From the NCBI GenBank assembly GCA_051942205.1, contig JAVECO010000015.1, positions 1-64,000 on the forward strand: DNA of 64,000 nucleotides, read 5' to 3'. Origin of the DNA: Coniocarpon cinnabarinum (Eukaryota). The notes beneath the pieces were generated by a model. The model saw nothing but the letters and a program-made list of their open reading frames with translations, was not told the DNA's origin and did not search any database. Position numbers and translations under genes: made by a program. Shown piece after piece: positions 62,628 to 64,000 of the stretch; the stretch's first letter is position 1; every line of letters begins with the position of its first letter.

Positions 62628-63745
62628 ATGCCCGATCTGCGCCAGCAATATAACGCTAGGCGACGTCTCCGCCGCTTGTGGACCTTCATTGGTGCTGGCA
62701 AGGGCCCAGAAACTGACAGCGACGCCCTGCAGCTTGCTCCGGACGACCCGTATCTGAGCTGTAGGTACAAAAGAGCCGCGCAAGCTACGTACTCATGCTG
62801 ACGAGCCCCAAGACTATGATATACGCCGTATGTTGTCGCGTCCCTCGACTGTAGACCTAATCAGAATCAGCTAATCGTTGACTTTCACCACAGTCACCAA
62901 AGCCGACTACGACGGCATTAAGGGCGACTGGTTGACTGATAATGTGAGCAAGCAGGATCGACCAGGGGACTGCGCAGGCGCCTACTAACAAGTGCAAAGG
63001 TCATCTCATTCTGGGAAGAGTGCGCGCACCATTTGAGCATCGTCGTCCCTGAAAACTAATTCCATTTAGATACCTCGAGCATGAGAAGATTTTAGCTATC
63101 CCCAACGCCCATATTGTCCTCTTAAGACCTTCCATGGTTTGTTACACGAGTTTGCCCCTTGAAGATGCAGACCCCTGACTCATCCAGTCATTCATGCTCA
63201 TGCTCTCGTCGGATGTCGCGGACATCAAGGACGCCCTACCAGACTTCTCGGGCATCACACATATCTTCCTACCGATCAATGACTGCACCAGCGCGGACCT
63301 GCCCGAAGGTGGATCGCATTGGTCATTGTTGCTCGTCAGTGTCTTAGACAACATTGCATTTCACTACGACTCGCTCTATCCCGCCAACAAGCACGCCGCA
63401 GAACACTGCTTCAATCACTTCCAAAAGCTTCTCAACAAGCCCATGCGCTTCGTCAATCTCAAAGACTCACCTCAGCAGGCCAACGGAAGCGACTGTGGTG
63501 TATACGTCTGTGTGGAGATGAAGGAGCTGCTGAAACGTTTGCTAAAGCGGGATTCACGGGAACAAATTTCCATGAGCATGCGCGGACTAGACGTGGACGC
63601 CGAACGGGCGCGAGCGATGATGGTGAAGCTGGTGGACGAGTTCCGCAAAGAGGGCAAGAGTCGCAGTCGAAGCCGGAACCGGAGTCCGAGCACCGGCGGC
63701 GGAAGCAAAAGTCCACCAAGAGTCGGTCCAGACGTTGGATTTTAG
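62628..63745 (+). CDS. Ulp1-family (C48) NEDD8-specific protease, DenA/DEN1/SENP8-like
   Basis: Spliced product YLSYYDIRLT..DWLTDNVISFWEEYLE..LLRPSMSF; catalytic GGSHWSLL, HYDS, PQQ.NGSDCG. Introns 62761-62812, 62828-62893, 62944-62999, 63020-63069 and 63137-63187. Confidence 0.9.
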
Positions 63746-64000
63746 AGTGGACGGTGTTTCAGACACAGCGTGGCGTTAGAGCGGGCATGACGGTGCTCAG
63801 AAGCGAGTCCGAGACAGCGTCTTAGAATGAACGAAAGCACGAGTGACGCACACGGGGCTCGACAGACGCTGGCCGGGAGGGCGGCAAAGATAGATGGGCC
63901 ACGAATGAAGATCCCTACAATCCCACTCTGCCTCAGTCTGCCTGCCTGGACAAAGAGCAGGACGCAGCCTGAGGTGCAGATGAGCCGCGCGTTCGGCTGT

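Overview
Eukaryotic (fungal, Pezizomycotina-type) genomic DNA with short spliceosomal introns, mostly 48-70 nt. Bases 1-~6530 are a very AT-rich block of RIP-mutated transposon relics: a Ty3/Gypsy chromovirus with readable RT, RNase H, integrase and chromodomain remnants plus a candidate LTR, then a second LTR and further debris. The rest is gene-dense, GC-balanced sequence with about 26 genes. An accessory-looking stretch holds an orphan membrane protein, a secreted GH31 alpha-glucosidase, an ankyrin relic, a secreted DUF5695-like glycosidase and a small orphan. A small AT island then abuts an AT-hook/chromodomain gene. Conserved housekeeping genes follow: UBA4, SLX9, PAM17, an MFS permease, RIB7, PRM10, GDB1, GPD1, CYT1, ARO3, HIS1, a GliK-like cyclotransferase, ERV2 and a DenA/SENP8-type deneddylase, mixed with small secreted or surface proteins. 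Most notable: (1) HIS1 intron 2 looks like an intron nested in an intron, carrying a two-hairpin H/ACA-like RNA; (2) a second nested-intron candidate in PRM10; (3) a chromodomain/AT-hook gene whose immediate upstream region is an AT-rich island; (4) a 962-aa protein with Red1/Rec10/SYCP2-like architecture; (5) a GC-AG intron and altered catalytic motifs in the GH31. All family calls come from motif recognition by eye; no database search was run.
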